Positions 29,482 through 41,607 of a DNA stretch of 64,000 nucleotides are shown here, piece after piece (the stretch's first letter is position 1; each line of letters starts with the position of its first letter). Both the position numbers and the translations under genes were made by a program. The stretch lies in assembly GCA_015059335.1 (NCBI GenBank), contig SVAP01000004.1, positions 20,258-84,257 on the forward strand, read 5' to 3'. The notes under the pieces are model-generated. The model was not told the DNA's origin and did no database searches. It saw only the letters and a program-made list of their open reading frames with translations. The stretch is from Bacillota bacterium (GTDB taxonomy: Bacteria; Bacillota_I; Bacilli_A; RF39; UBA660).

Positions 29482-31710
29482 ATGGAAGAATGGAAAAGAT
29501 TTAAAGAAGGAAATTGGTGTAATGAAATTAATGTTAGTGATTTCATTCAAAAAAATTATAAAGCATATAATGAAGATGAAAGTTTTTTATCTGGAACAAC
29601 TGAAAAAACAAATAAAGTTTGGAATAAATGTTCAGAATTATTAAAAGAAGAATTAGAAAAACATGTACTAGATATAGATGTTGACCATATGTCAGCTATT
29701 AATGCTTTTGAAGCAGGTTATATTGATAAAGATAATGAAGTGATTGTTGGTCTTCAAACAGATGCGCCACTTAAAAGAATTGTTAATCCTTATGGTGGGA
29801 TTCGTATGGTTTATCAAGAATTAGATGCATATGGATATAAATTAAATAAAAATGTTGATAAGTATTTTAATGAATTTAGAAAAACTCATAATCAAGGTGT
29901 ATTTGATGCATATACTGATGATATTAGAAAAGCTCGTCATGTTGGATTATTAACTGGACTTCCAGATGCTTATGGTCGTGGAAGAATAATAGGTGATTAT
30001 AGACGTATTGCTTTATATGGTATTGACTATTTAATGGAATGTAAAAAATATGAATGGGATAATGTATATAAAGGAAGAATGGTTGAAGATGTAATTCGTA
30101 CAAGAGAAGAGTTATCAATTCAATATCGTGCATTAAAAGATATTAAAGATATGGCTGGTAAATATGGATATGATATTTCTAAACCAGCTAGAAATTCTAA
30201 AGAAGCTGTTCAATGGTTATACTTTGGATATTTAGCAGCTATTAAAGAAAATAATGGAGCTGCTATGAGTTTAGGTAGAGTAGATGCATTCTTAGATATT
30301 TATTTCGAAAGAGATTTAGAAGAAGGAACAATTACAGAATCTGGAATCCAAGAATTAATTGATCAATTTGTAATTAAATTAAGACTTGCACGTCATTTGA
30401 GAACTCCAGAATATGATGAATTATTTTCTGGTGATCCTACTTGGGTTACTTGTTCAATTGGTGGGGTAAATGAAAATGGAGAATCAATGGTTACAAAAAC
30501 ATCATATAGATTATTACATACTTTAACTAACCTTGATCCAGCACCAGAACCAAATATGACAGTTTTATGGAGTACTAAGTTACCAGAAAACTTTAAAAAA
30601 TATTGTTCAATGATGAGTATTAAAACTGATTCAATTCAATATGAAAATGATGATGTTATGCGTCCTATATATGGACATGATTATGCGATAGCATGTTGTG
30701 TATCTGCTATGCGTATGGGTAAAGATATGCAATTCTTTGGTGCTCGTTGTAATTTAGCTAAATCATTATTATATTCAATAAATGGTGGTATTGATGAAAT
30801 TAAAAAATCTAAAGTAATTGATGGATTCGATATTATGAATGATGATGTATTAGATTATGAAAAAGTTAAAGCTTCATATTTTAGAATGTTAGAACGCGTT
30901 GCAGAAATTTATTCTGATGCAATGAATATTATTCATTACATGCATGATAGATATGCTTATGAGGCAGGTCAAATGGCACTACATGACACAGATGTACATA
31001 GATATATGGCATATGGTGTTGCAGGACTTTCAGTAGTAGCTGACTCATTATCTGCAATTAAATATGCTAAAGTTAAACCAATAAGAGATGAAGATGGAAT
31101 TGCTGTTGATTTTGAAATTGAAGGTGATTATCCAAAATATGGTAATGATGATGATCGTGTAGATAGCATCGCTAAAGAAGTACTAAAAAAGATATATGGT
31201 GAACTTGCAAGTCATAAGACATATAGAAATGCTGAACCAACAATGTCAGTATTAACTATTACTTCTAATGTTGTGTATGGATCAAAAACAGGATCTACTC
31301 CTGATGGTAGAAAAAAAGGTGTAGCATTTGCACCAGGTGCAAATCCAATGCATTGTAGAGATGAAAATGGTGCAATTGCATCACTAAACTCTGTTGCAAA
31401 ATTAGATTATGGAACATGTTGTAAAGATGGTGTTTCAAATACATTCTCAATAGTACCAGATTCTTTAGGTAAAGACGATGAAGAGAGAGTTAAAAATCTT
31501 GTAACATTAATGGATGGATATTTTTCTCAAGGAGCACATCATTTAAATGTTAATGTATTAAATCGTGAAATGTTAATAGATGCAATGAATAATCCGGATA
31601 AATATCCACTGCTTACTATTCGTGTATCTGGTTATGCAGTAAGATTTAATAGACTTACTAGAAAACAACAAGAAGAGGTAATTTCTAGAACATTCCATGA
31701 AAAAATGTAG
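29482..31710 (+). CDS. pflB: Pyruvate formate-lyase
   Basis: [23 protein letters not shown] active-site cysteines, TIRVSGYAV glycyl-radical motif. Confidence 0.98.
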   Translation: MEEWKRFKEGNWCNEINVSDFIQKNYKAYNEDESFLSGTTEKTNKVWNKCSELLKEELEKHVLDIDVDHMSAINAFEAGYIDKDNEVIVGLQTDAPLKRIVNPYGGIRMVYQELDAYGYKLNKNVDKYFNEFRKTHNQGVFDAYTDDIRKARHVGLLTGLPDAYGRGRIIGDYRRIALYGIDYLMECKKYEWDNVYKGRMVEDVIRTREELSIQYRALKDIKDMAGKYGYDISKPARNSKEAVQWLYFGYLAAIKENNGAAMSLGRVDAFLDIYFERDLEEGTITESGIQELIDQFVIKLRLARHLRTPEYDELFSGDPTWVTCSIGGVNENGESMVTKTSYRLLHTLTNLDPAPEPNMTVLWSTKLPENFKKYCSMMSIKTDSIQYENDDVMRPIYGHDYAIACCVSAMRMGKDMQFFGARCNLAKSLLYSINGGIDEIKKSKVIDGFDIMNDDVLDYEKVKASYFRMLERVAEIYSDAMNIIHYMHDRYAYEAGQMALHDTDVHRYMAYGVAGLSVVADSLSAIKYAKVKPIRDEDGIAVDFEIEGDYPKYGNDDDRVDSIAKEVLKKIYGELASHKTYRNAEPTMSVLTITSNVVYGSKTGSTPDGRKKGVAFAPGANPMHCRDENGAIASLNSVAKLDYGTCCKDGVSNTFSIVPDSLGKDDEERVKNLVTLMDGYFSQGAHHLNVNVLNREMLIDAMNNPDKYPLLTIRVSGYAVRFNRLTRKQQEEVISRTFHEKM

Positions 31711-31711
31711 T

Positions 31712-32422
31712 ATGGTTGGTTATATAAATAAAATTGAAACAATGGGACTTGTAGATGGACCAGGAATTAGAACTGTAGTCTTTATGCAAGGTTGTGCTTT
31801 AAGGTGTTTATTCTGTCATAACCCAGAAACTTGGGAATTAAAAAAAGGTGATGAATATACACCTTTAGCTTTAGCTAGTAAAATAAAAAGATATAAAAAC
31901 TATTATGGAGAAGATGGTGGAGTTACTTTTTCAGGTGGAGAGCCCTTATTACAAAGTGAGTTTTTAATTGAAACATGTAAACTATTAAAAGAAGAAAATA
32001 TAAATATTTGTTTAGACACTTCAGGTGTTGGAACAAATATTGATGAGGTTTTAGATTTAGTGGATTTAGTTATATTTGATGTTAAAGCTATTGATGATGT
32101 TGGATATAGTAAAATGACAGGTTTATCTATTAATAAAAGTTTAGCGTTTTTAGATTTGTGTCAAAAGAAAAATAAAAAGTTATGGATTAGACAAGTCATA
32201 ATTCCTGGAATAAATGATACAAAAGAATATATTATGAAATTAGCGGACTTTTTAAAAAATGTTCAAAATATCGAAAAAATAGAATTATTACCATATCATA
32301 CAATGGGAGTTAATAAATACAAAGATTTAAATATTAATTATCCTTTGAAAGATACTGAATCTATGGATAAAATTAGATGTAAAGAATTAGAAAAATTATT
32401 AGTTGAGAATATTGGTTTATAA
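31712..32422 (+). CDS. pflA: Pyruvate formate-lyase activating enzyme (radical SAM)
   Basis: VDGPGIR, GCALRCLFCHNPE, SGGEPLLQ, LLPYH. Confidence 0.97.
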   Translation: MVGYINKIETMGLVDGPGIRTVVFMQGCALRCLFCHNPETWELKKGDEYTPLALASKIKRYKNYYGEDGGVTFSGGEPLLQSEFLIETCKLLKEENINICLDTSGVGTNIDEVLDLVDLVIFDVKAIDDVGYSKMTGLSINKSLAFLDLCQKKNKKLWIRQVIIPGINDTKEYIMKLADFLKNVQNIEKIELLPYHTMGVNKYKDLNINYPLKDTESMDKIRCKELEKLLVENIGL

Positions 32423-32462
32423 AACTAGTATTCTTTTTTTCTTATAATGTGATATAATTAAG

Positions 32463-34085
32463 GTGGAGATGATTAGTGTGAAAAATAAATTTTTAATTTT
32501 TAGAATTTTAATTACATTGTTATTTGCTTTCTTATTTTTCTATGTAGCATTACCACCAATAAATGTTACTAGTATGGATTTTTGGTTTTATTTATTATTT
32601 GTAGTGATAGTATATTTTGGAACTGCAGTTATAAATGTAATAAATTTTAACAATATTTTTACTAATATTAATATTAAAAAAACTGTTTTTAAAACAGCGG
32701 TTGTTCCAACTATTATTTTTGGTGTATTCGTACTTATATTTGTTTTGAATTTTATTTTATCCCCAGTATTTAGATCTGATGCTTATTCAAAAAGAATTAC
32801 AATAAATGAAGACGCTGAATTTATTACAGATGTTAAAGAAGTTGATTTTAGTGCTTTGCCACTTTTAGATAAAGAATCAAGTCAAAAACTTGGTGATAGA
32901 GTTATGGGACAAATGCCAGAATTAGTATCACAATTTTATGTATCTAGTTTATATACTCAAATTAATTATAATGATAAGATAGTTAGAGTTACCCCTTTAG
33001 AATATGATGGATTCTTTAAATTCTTTACTAACAGAAAAGAAGGAGTTAAAGGGTATATAACAGTTGATTCAGTATCTGGAGAATCTGAGTTAACAAAATT
33101 AGACAAAGGTATGAAATATATGCCTTCAGCAATGTTTTCTAAAGATTTATATCGTCATTTAAGATTTAATTATCCAACTGAAATTTTTGATGTTGAATGT
33201 TTTGAAATTGATAATGAAGGTAATCCATATTGGATTATACCAACAGTTAAATATGATGGTGTGGGAATAAAAAAAGAAATAACTGGTGTTATAATATTAG
33301 ATCCTATTACAGGAGAATCTAAAAAATATAAAACAAAAGATGTACCAACATGGGTAGATCATGTATATTCTGCAGAATTATTAATTGAACAAGTTGATGA
33401 TTGGGGAAAATATAAAAATGGATTTTTAAATTCAATATTTGGTCAAAAAAATGTAGTTCAAACAACAGATGGTTATAACTATACAGTTATGAATGATGAT
33501 GTTTATATGTACACAGGTATAACATCAGCTGCAGCTGATGAAGCTAATTTAGGATTCATATTAAGTAATATGAGAACTAAGGAAACAGTGTTTTATAAGG
33601 TTCCTGGAGCAGAAGAATACTCTGCTATGAGAAGTGCAGAGGGTCAAGTACAACAAATGAATTATACTGCATCATTTCCATTATTAATTAATTTAAATAA
33701 TAGAGCTACGTATTTATTATCACTAAAAGATAATGCAGGACTTGTAAAAATGTATGCATTTGTAGATGTTAAAGATTATCAAAAAGTTGTTGTAACAGAT
33801 GCTTCAAAAGGAATAGAAGTAGCTGCTAATAATTATTTAAATAATGCTGAAGATTTAGTAGATAAAGATAATGTTATAGAAAAAGAAATAACCATTAAAA
33901 ATATTCTTAGTGCGGTTATTGATGGAAATACATATTATTATATAACTGATACTAACAATCAAAAATATAGGATATCTATCAAAGTAGATAAAAAAAGAGT
34001 ACCTTTCTTAAGTACTAATCAAACAATAAAAATAAAATATTCCAATGAAAGTGATGTTATAGAAATAATTGAATTATCAGAATAG
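32463..34085 (+). CDS. Conserved membrane-anchored hypothetical protein
   Basis: Three N-terminal TMs and a large extracellular domain (VTPLEY, PTWVDHVY, PLLIN); function not recognised. Confidence 0.75.
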   Translation: MEMISVKNKFLIFRILITLLFAFLFFYVALPPINVTSMDFWFYLLFVVIVYFGTAVINVINFNNIFTNINIKKTVFKTAVVPTIIFGVFVLIFVLNFILSPVFRSDAYSKRITINEDAEFITDVKEVDFSALPLLDKESSQKLGDRVMGQMPELVSQFYVSSLYTQINYNDKIVRVTPLEYDGFFKFFTNRKEGVKGYITVDSVSGESELTKLDKGMKYMPSAMFSKDLYRHLRFNYPTEIFDVECFEIDNEGNPYWIIPTVKYDGVGIKKEITGVIILDPITGESKKYKTKDVPTWVDHVYSAELLIEQVDDWGKYKNGFLNSIFGQKNVVQTTDGYNYTVMNDDVYMYTGITSAAADEANLGFILSNMRTKETVFYKVPGAEEYSAMRSAEGQVQQMNYTASFPLLINLNNRATYLLSLKDNAGLVKMYAFVDVKDYQKVVVTDASKGIEVAANNYLNNAEDLVDKDNVIEKEITIKNILSAVIDGNTYYYITDTNNQKYRISIKVDKKRVPFLSTNQTIKIKYSNESDVIEIIELSE

Positions 34086-34178
34086 AGGCTTTTGCCTCTA
34101 TTTTAATTTTTTTTAAAAATAAAAGACTTTTCGTTAGAAATTTGGTACAATAACTTTATAAGATAGGAGAAACAAAAT

Positions 34179-34472
34179 ATGGAAAATGAGGGTTATAATA
34201 GAATAATAGAGAAATATCATATTCAAAATTATAAAGACCTGTTTATTGCAGATGATTTAGTTCAAAAAATTAAAGATATGGAGTCTGGCACAGAAACCAC
34301 AATTGCTTTTTTGTTAGATGATTTGATAAATGATTATACAACTAAGGAACTTTTTGAAATTACAAATGAAGTAATAGAAATGTGTAAATCAGAAAATATA
34401 ATATTAGATTTTTCGAAATATGAAGTTATGGATGTGGGTTTGCCTTTCAACGTACCATTCATAAAAAAATAA
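34179..34472 (+). CDS. Small acidic hypothetical protein
   Basis: RBS AGGAGA; ends GLPFNVPFIKK. Confidence 0.7.
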   Translation: MENEGYNRIIEKYHIQNYKDLFIADDLVQKIKDMESGTETTIAFLLDDLINDYTTKELFEITNEVIEMCKSENIILDFSKYEVMDVGLPFNVPFIKK

Positions 34473-34552
34473 TGTTTTTTATTAGAAATATATAATCAAG
34501 ATAATTATTTAAATAAATTAAAAAAAATAATGATACCATGGGAGGACTACTT

Positions 34553-37438
34553 ATGAATAATAAAATGGTTGAAAAGTTTTTAACTTATTATCAAAAAGGG
34601 AAATTAACTAAAATAGATAAATTACTTTTAAAAAATAAAAATAACATCGGATTTTTTAATGAGTTATTAAAAAATTCTCTTTTTACAGAAGATTTTCTGG
34701 TATTACAAATGGATGATGAAATATTTAGAAAATTGGACGTTGAAGTTCAAAAAAAATTAATAAATGAAAAACATAGATTGTTTGCACATGCAAGTGAAGA
34801 AGTTAGAAACGATAAACATTTTATTGAATCATTAATTGAATCAATAGAAAATGGTACAATAAAAGATGATGTGCCAAATACAGTATATAAACACATTGGA
34901 ACTAAATTGTTAAGTGATAAAGATTATGTTATGTCACTTATGAATAAAGAACCACATGTATTTATTCATAGTATGGATAAAATTAATTATAATGAACAAG
35001 AACTTAAATCTTTTTTCGATAAAAATCCAGAATTAATTGGTTATTTACCTTCCTCTTTAAAGAATAATGTTGAGTATGTTTGTGAACTAATAAAAAAAAT
35101 TCCAAGCAATAAAATAACATCATATATTGGTATTCTTGAATTTGATTATTTAAAATTAGAATCAATAAAACAAACTCTTATTGGTAAAATTGGATTAAAA
35201 AATTATAATATTGTGTTATTAGATTCTATTGAAAAAAATATAATTAAATTATCTGAAATATCAGCAGAGGAATTTAAACAAATAATATTTTCATGTCCAA
35301 ATATGTTTGAAAACATAAACAAAAAAGAAATGTTTCTTGCAAAAGGGGATAAAAAAGAAAACATAAGCGCAATAAATAAGATAAATGAGATATCTAGATT
35401 AACGTTTAATGAAATTGATAGTCCAGAAAAATTATCAAAAAAATTATTTGAATTATCATCATATACTAATAAAAAAATATCTTATGAACAAATTTTAATG
35501 CAAGTAACAAATGATTGGGAAGAAATAAAAGCATGGATAAGTAAAATAGATGAAGAACATTTATTAGATGACGGGAAATTAGATAATACGTTCCCAAAAG
35601 AAGAAGTATTCAGAAATATTTATAATTTATTAATAGCTATACAAGAAAACAAGTTAAATGATGCCTTTAAAGTGTTTATGAACGCTGAATTAAGAAAAAG
35701 TGAATATGGTGAAGGATTAAGAAACATCAACGTTACAGATGATAATGTCGAGTTTTTACAACTAGCTTGTACTACAAATATGTTTAATTATGATAATAAA
35801 TATATAGATATGTTTAATAAATTATTTAAAAAATTTAGTCGATATACTAATGATCCATATAATGCAATAGATATCATTAATAGAATTGCAAATACCAAAT
35901 CTTTATGCGATATTATTATGGAAACTAATATTGATTCACTAGATAATAATGTAATTGCTAATTTACATAATTACATTCAAACTGATTTGTACAACATAAT
36001 TAAAATTAATAATTTAGAAGAATTAAAAGAATTTAATAATATTTCAAATAAAATTAATAGTCCTGAAATAAAAACTAAATTAGATAATAGATTACAAGAT
36101 AAAAAATGGGTTTTATTAATGAAACATTTTCAAATTAGTTTACCAATGGCGAAGAATTTATTGCATTCATATTTTAGTTCAAAGAACAGTTCAATATTAT
36201 ATCAAAAATATCCCGAAGTTATGTATTTAAAGGAGTTAATAGAAAAAATTGTATTATCAGGTAATGATAAAGATTTAGATAATATTGATAAAGAGTTTAC
36301 GAATAATAATATATATATTGATTTTAAAACAATACAAAATATTGTTGCTAATATGAAAACATCATATGCAAATGAAATTAAAGATTCTTTAACAAAAACA
36401 AATTATCAATCTGGAATAATTGATTATTCTAATACAGATTTTAATTTATTAGTTCATGTAATAGGAGCTTATGGTGAAAGTCCTAAAGGTGATGTATACG
36501 ATTCATGGAATACAAAGGAAGGAACATCTAAAGTATCAATTTGTACAAGTTTTATATCAGATAATAATATGGGAATTGCGCCTACTAATGAACATTCAGT
36601 AGTTTTAGGGTTTTCAGATTTACCAGAAAATTATCTTGAACTAATGAGTTGTAATGATTTATATTCAAAAGGATTTACAGCAAAAAGAACAAGTGAATTT
36701 CTTACATCTAATGAACTTAAAAATAAAACAAGGCATGGACATAATGAATTAGTTATAAGACGGAGATATGGTGAATTTACAGAAAAGAAAGTAGAACCCT
36801 CATATATTATTTGTTTTGATAATGTTAATGAGGAAAGTAGAATTGCTGCGCAAAAATTTGGTATACCCATTATATTTATAGATAGAGAAAAAGTAGCGCG
36901 AAGACATCAACAAGAAATAAATAATATGGTACAGGAATTTAAATCAACATTAAACCCAGAATTAATATCTAAAATTATATGTGAACAGGAAAATAATAAA
37001 GCGGGCTTAAGATTAGTAAGACCAGATTTGGTTGATAAATATTTTAGTAGTGAGTATAGACAAAATAATATAGAAACTATATATTCAATAATTAAATCAA
37101 ATTTAAATTCTAATAATCAACAAGCAATTATATCAATGCAAGAATTTGTGAAAGTTATTCAAGAAGAACAAGAAAAATTTAAAGTAACAAAAGAAACTCC
37201 ACATAGAAAAAATACCTATGATGTTAATGTGGATGAGCTTATTAACGAATTTAAACAAAATCCTCTTATAGATGAAAAAGTAGAAACAAAGAGTGTAATG
37301 ACAGCAGAAGAATTATACAAAAAGTTTTTAGAATGTAGAGAAAAATTATCACAAAGCGAAAGATTAGAATTAGATTATTTAAATAAAATGCAAAAAGAAA
37401 TGATTGAACAAGAATCAAATTCAATGAAAGTAGGATAA
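34553..37438 (+). CDS. Large protein with N-terminal DUF4116-like repeats and a C-terminal putative ADP-ribosyltransferase-like domain
   Basis: HASEEVRNDKHF / LLSDKDYV / SLKNNVEYV repeats; LVHV..CTSFI..HNELV pattern (fold is inference). Confidence 0.6.
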   Translation: MNNKMVEKFLTYYQKGKLTKIDKLLLKNKNNIGFFNELLKNSLFTEDFLVLQMDDEIFRKLDVEVQKKLINEKHRLFAHASEEVRNDKHFIESLIESIENGTIKDDVPNTVYKHIGTKLLSDKDYVMSLMNKEPHVFIHSMDKINYNEQELKSFFDKNPELIGYLPSSLKNNVEYVCELIKKIPSNKITSYIGILEFDYLKLESIKQTLIGKIGLKNYNIVLLDSIEKNIIKLSEISAEEFKQIIFSCPNMFENINKKEMFLAKGDKKENISAINKINEISRLTFNEIDSPEKLSKKLFELSSYTNKKISYEQILMQVTNDWEEIKAWISKIDEEHLLDDGKLDNTFPKEEVFRNIYNLLIAIQENKLNDAFKVFMNAELRKSEYGEGLRNINVTDDNVEFLQLACTTNMFNYDNKYIDMFNKLFKKFSRYTNDPYNAIDIINRIANTKSLCDIIMETNIDSLDNNVIANLHNYIQTDLYNIIKINNLEELKEFNNISNKINSPEIKTKLDNRLQDKKWVLLMKHFQISLPMAKNLLHSYFSSKNSSILYQKYPEVMYLKELIEKIVLSGNDKDLDNIDKEFTNNNIYIDFKTIQNIVANMKTSYANEIKDSLTKTNYQSGIIDYSNTDFNLLVHVIGAYGESPKGDVYDSWNTKEGTSKVSICTSFISDNNMGIAPTNEHSVVLGFSDLPENYLELMSCNDLYSKGFTAKRTSEFLTSNELKNKTRHGHNELVIRRRYGEFTEKKVEPSYIICFDNVNEESRIAAQKFGIPIIFIDREKVARRHQQEINNMVQEFKSTLNPELISKIICEQENNKAGLRLVRPDLVDKYFSSEYRQNNIETIYSIIKSNLNSNNQQAIISMQEFVKVIQEEQEKFKVTKETPHRKNTYDVNVDELINEFKQNPLIDEKVETKSVMTAEELYKKFLECREKLSQSERLELDYLNKMQKEMIEQESNSMKVG

Positions 37439-37441
37439 GAA

Positions 37442-37714
37442 ATGGTAGAAAAAGAATTATTAGAGTACTATAAAAATTTAGATGAAAATGAAAAAAGAAA
37501 CCAAATAAGTGCAGAATTTGAGAAATTAACACTATTACTTGATTCAATACACAAACAATTTAATATTGAGAAAATGCCTAGTTCAATCGAATCTTATAAC
37601 AAGGCAACGGATAGTAATATGAGCAATGAAGATTTTTTCAATTTAATGTATGAAAACATTATATATTTAAGAAAAGACATTTTAACTCTTGTTAATTCAA
37701 TAATGATAAAGTAA
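37442..37714 (+). CDS. Small helical hypothetical protein, 3 nt after the preceding gene
   Basis: 90-aa ORF starting right after the stop at 37438. Confidence 0.7.
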   Translation: MVEKELLEYYKNLDENEKRNQISAEFEKLTLLLDSIHKQFNIEKMPSSIESYNKATDSNMSNEDFFNLMYENIIYLRKDILTLVNSIMIK

Positions 37715-37846
37715 ACAAAATAAAATACAAATTTAATATGTAATAAAATTTTGTGTTTTTACAAATATATTAAATACAATATCGATTATGCATTTGATTA
37801 TGACTTATTTTATGCTATAATAATTTATACAAAAGAGGTTTTGAAT

Positions 37847-38539
37847 ATGGAAAGTTTATTTCAAGATGAAATTGAAGAAATAAAAGATGAGAATTTACAA
37901 TTAAGATATTTATTAGGTACATTAAATAGAAAAGATAAAGAGCAATGTCCAACAAACAGTTATTGGAATTGTGATATAAGATGCGATGCAACGCCTGTTA
38001 ACGATGATAAAAAACTATTAAAAGTATTAATTTTTATAAAAAAACATAACTTAAGTGTTGATTCTTTCTTTAGATTATTATGTTCACATTTAAAAGGTAA
38101 TTTTTGTTATTATGATGGTGACTGTGGTGAGTTAATAAGAGAGTTGGATTATGCTATTAAAGATTATGAATTTGTTTTTTCAAAAACATACAGTCTACCA
38201 CAAAATGATTATAAAGAAAAAGAACTATTAAAGCTTATATTACGAGATATAAACAATCAAGATTCATCACTAAATATTCTCATAAAAAAATATTCATTAA
38301 CTATAACTGATTTTATGGTTTTAGCAAAAACAAGTTTGATTATGAACTGGAAGCAACATTCTTTTTGGGAAAGAAAGGATTTATTTAAAGATTTAAAACA
38401 AATACTGGACAACAATAATTTATATGATACTATGGAAAGTGTTTTGGAATATCGTAAAGATTTAAAGATAACTGAAACAGATGAACAACACGAAAAATCA
38501 TTAAGAAAAAGTTTTATAAATAAATTCAGAAAAAGATAG
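37847..38539 (+). CDS. Hypothetical protein
   Basis: ATG 37847 after AAGAGG and TGCTATAAT; basic C-terminal tail. Confidence 0.7.
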   Translation: MESLFQDEIEEIKDENLQLRYLLGTLNRKDKEQCPTNSYWNCDIRCDATPVNDDKKLLKVLIFIKKHNLSVDSFFRLLCSHLKGNFCYYDGDCGELIRELDYAIKDYEFVFSKTYSLPQNDYKEKELLKLILRDINNQDSSLNILIKKYSLTITDFMVLAKTSLIMNWKQHSFWERKDLFKDLKQILDNNNLYDTMESVLEYRKDLKITETDEQHEKSLRKSFINKFRKR

Positions 38540-38643
38540 AACGCTATTATGCGTTTTTTTCTTTACAATTTAGTGTCAATTATATTTGAAAATAATTGTT
38601 TTAGTGTTATAATTTATATATATAATCTAGTGAGGTGTGTTGT

Positions 38644-40827
38644 ATGGCTAAGAAAAAGTCTAGAAAAGAAACTAGTAAGAGTAAGTTTAAATATACAAGT
38701 GAATTAGTAGGATTTATTATTGTATTAATTTCAATAATAGGTTTATGTGGATTTGGAATAGTAGGAGATATTGTACGTGGATTTGCTTTATTTTTAGTTG
38801 GTTCATGGTTTCAACTATTATTATTAGGATTGTTTATAATTGGTTTTTATATGGCAATCAAAAGAGAAATGCCAGAATTTATAAATGCTAAAATGATAGG
38901 ACTATATTTAATATTTATTGCAATATTATTATTTTCACATTTAAGTTATGTTAGAGAACTAGGCGGAAATGGTGTAGACATATTTAAAGAAACTATCGAT
39001 AATATGATGCTTAGTTTAAAAAGTGTTGATGAAATAGATGGTGGTGGAATAATAGGAGCTGCTTTCTCATTTGCATTTTATAAATTATTAGGTAGTGATG
39101 GTGCTTTTGTAGTATCTTGTGCAATGGTACTATTTGGTGTTATTTTGTTATTTAATGTTTCAATAATTGAAGCATTTAAATGGATGTTTAGTAAAATCAA
39201 ATCAGTATTTAAACATGAAAAAACTGACAAAGAAGCAGTTAAAGAAAAAGAAGAAAATTATGAAAAAGATAATAAGATTGTTGTATCAAGTGTAGATGAA
39301 CTTATTCATGTACATGACAAACAAGAAGAACAATTAACAATTGATACTGTACAAGTAGCTGAACAACCAGTTTCTAATGCAGGATATAAATTGCCTCCAA
39401 TATCTTTACTTGATGAACCAAAGAAAAGTAAAAGTACTCATAATGAAGAACAAATAAAGAAGACAATTGAAATACTTGAAAAAGTGTTAGCTGATTTTCA
39501 AATTGTTGGTAAAGTTACAGAAATTCATGTTGGACCAAATGTAACACAATATGAAATGGAATTAAAATCAGGAACAAAGGTTAGTAAAGTATTAAGTATT
39601 AACCGAGAAATTGCTTTAGCATTGTCAGCAAAAGATGTAAGAATTCAAGCACCTATTCCAGGTAAAAGTACAATAGGTATTGAAATTCCTAATCCAGTTA
39701 CAACAATGGTTGGATTTAGAGAAATAATAAGTGCAGTTCCTAAAAATATGAAAGATAGTAAGTTACTTGCCGCTCTAGGTAAAGACATAATGGGACGGGC
39801 ACAGTATGTAGAAATAAATAAAACACCCCACCTTTTAGTTGCTGGAGCAACTGGTAGTGGTAAATCAGTATGTATTAATGGTATTATATGTTCAATACTA
39901 ATGAGGGCTAAACCTGATGAAGTAAAACTACTTATGGTGGACCCTAAAAAAGTTGAACTTAGTATGTATAATGGTGTTCCACATTTAATGGCACCTGTTG
40001 TAACAGACCCTAAAAAAGCTTCTATTGCGCTACAAAAAATAGTTAGTGAAATGGAAAACAGATATGATTTATTTAGTGAAAGTAAAACTAAAAATATTGC
40101 CGGTTATAATGAATTAATAGAACAAAAAAACAAGAATTTACCAGATGATGAAAAACTAAAAAAACTACCATATATTGTAGTTTTAGTAGATGAACTTGCT
40201 GACCTTATGCTAGTTGCATCAAAAGAAGTTGAAGATTCAATTATGAGAATTACTCAAATGGCTCGTGCGGCAGGTATACATTTAATTATAGCAACACAAA
40301 GACCATCAACTGATGTAATTACAGGTGTTATTAAGGCAAACATTCCATCAAGAATAAGTTTTGCTGTTTCATCAAGTATAGACTCAAGAACAATTCTTGA
40401 TATGATCGGAGCAGAAAAATTATTAGGTAAAGGGGATATGTTATTCCTACCAATGGGTGAAAATGCTCCAATACGTATGCAAGGTAACTTTATTTCTGAA
40501 GAAGAAATTAAAAGAATTGTTGACTTTACAATAGAACAACAAAAAGCAAAATATGATGAGAGATTAATGGAGTTAGAACATAAAACAGTTGAAGCAAATA
40601 TTCCACAAGAAGAATATGATGATCCGCTATATAATGAAATAGTTGATTATGCAATTAATAGTGGTAAGATAAGTGCATCATTAATTCAAAGAAAATACAG
40701 ATTAGGTTATAACAGAGCAGCTAGAATAATAGATTTATTAGAGGAAAGAGGTATTGTTGGTCCTCAAAATGGTTCTAAGCCTAGGGAAGTTTTAGTGAAA
40801 TTAGAAAATAGTAATAATGATGAATAA
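38644..40827 (+). CDS. ftsK: DNA translocase FtsK/SpoIIIE
   Basis: N-terminal TMs, PHLLVAGATGSGKS, VDELADLM, ATQRPS, gamma domain GYNRAARII. Confidence 0.96.
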   Translation: MAKKKSRKETSKSKFKYTSELVGFIIVLISIIGLCGFGIVGDIVRGFALFLVGSWFQLLLLGLFIIGFYMAIKREMPEFINAKMIGLYLIFIAILLFSHLSYVRELGGNGVDIFKETIDNMMLSLKSVDEIDGGGIIGAAFSFAFYKLLGSDGAFVVSCAMVLFGVILLFNVSIIEAFKWMFSKIKSVFKHEKTDKEAVKEKEENYEKDNKIVVSSVDELIHVHDKQEEQLTIDTVQVAEQPVSNAGYKLPPISLLDEPKKSKSTHNEEQIKKTIEILEKVLADFQIVGKVTEIHVGPNVTQYEMELKSGTKVSKVLSINREIALALSAKDVRIQAPIPGKSTIGIEIPNPVTTMVGFREIISAVPKNMKDSKLLAALGKDIMGRAQYVEINKTPHLLVAGATGSGKSVCINGIICSILMRAKPDEVKLLMVDPKKVELSMYNGVPHLMAPVVTDPKKASIALQKIVSEMENRYDLFSESKTKNIAGYNELIEQKNKNLPDDEKLKKLPYIVVLVDELADLMLVASKEVEDSIMRITQMARAAGIHLIIATQRPSTDVITGVIKANIPSRISFAVSSSIDSRTILDMIGAEKLLGKGDMLFLPMGENAPIRMQGNFISEEEIKRIVDFTIEQQKAKYDERLMELEHKTVEANIPQEEYDDPLYNEIVDYAINSGKISASLIQRKYRLGYNRAARIIDLLEERGIVGPQNGSKPREVLVKLENSNNDE

Positions 40828-40908
40828 TGTCAATTTGATGAAAAGTTTATCTTTCTATTTTAATTTTTATATGTTTTTGTTATAATGAATATAAGAGTAG
40901 GTGGCTAC

Positions 40909-41580
40909 ATGAAGAAAATAGTTATATTACTTTGTTTATTATTATTTACAACTGGTTGTACAGTTTCTAAAATTGATATGGAAGATAGAGATAATATACT
41001 TAATATTACGTTAAATCGAAACGTTAATCTATTTAATAGGGTATCTAAAGGATATAAATATTATTTACCTAAGGGTATATCGTTATTAGATTATAAAGAA
41101 TATAATGAAATATTATATTCTAATTCAAATAAATATTATTTATATATTGACATTATTTCTTATCATTATAAAACTCAAAAGAAATATACAATAAATAATA
41201 ATTCTGAATATTCTAAAATTCTTAATTATAATGATAAAAATGGATATTTAGAAATTAAAAAACAAGATAATAAGTATCATATTTTGTATGAGTATAATTA
41301 TGCTAAAATGGAAGCTGTAGTAAAAGAAGAAGATGTTAATGAAACAATTATGAATATGGGTTATATTTTATCTTCAATCCAATATAACAATATTGTTATA
41401 AATAGTTTAGTTGGAGAAAATGTTCTAGATTTTAAGGAAGAAAAATATGAAATAGAAAAACCTACAGAAAACGATAATACATTTTTAGATTATGTAAATA
41501 CATATGATAAATACAATGGTAAAGATAAAATAGAAGATACAGATACTATCAAGAATAATGTTAGTGATATTGATGAATAA
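40909..41580 (+). CDS. Hypothetical lipoprotein
   Basis: MKKIVILLCLLLFTTGC lipobox. Confidence 0.75.
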   Translation: MKKIVILLCLLLFTTGCTVSKIDMEDRDNILNITLNRNVNLFNRVSKGYKYYLPKGISLLDYKEYNEILYSNSNKYYLYIDIISYHYKTQKKYTINNNSEYSKILNYNDKNGYLEIKKQDNKYHILYEYNYAKMEAVVKEEDVNETIMNMGYILSSIQYNNIVINSLVGENVLDFKEEKYEIEKPTENDNTFLDYVNTYDKYNGKDKIEDTDTIKNNVSDIDE

Positions 41581-41607
41581 ATATTTTGAAAACGAGGTGT
41601 CATAAGG

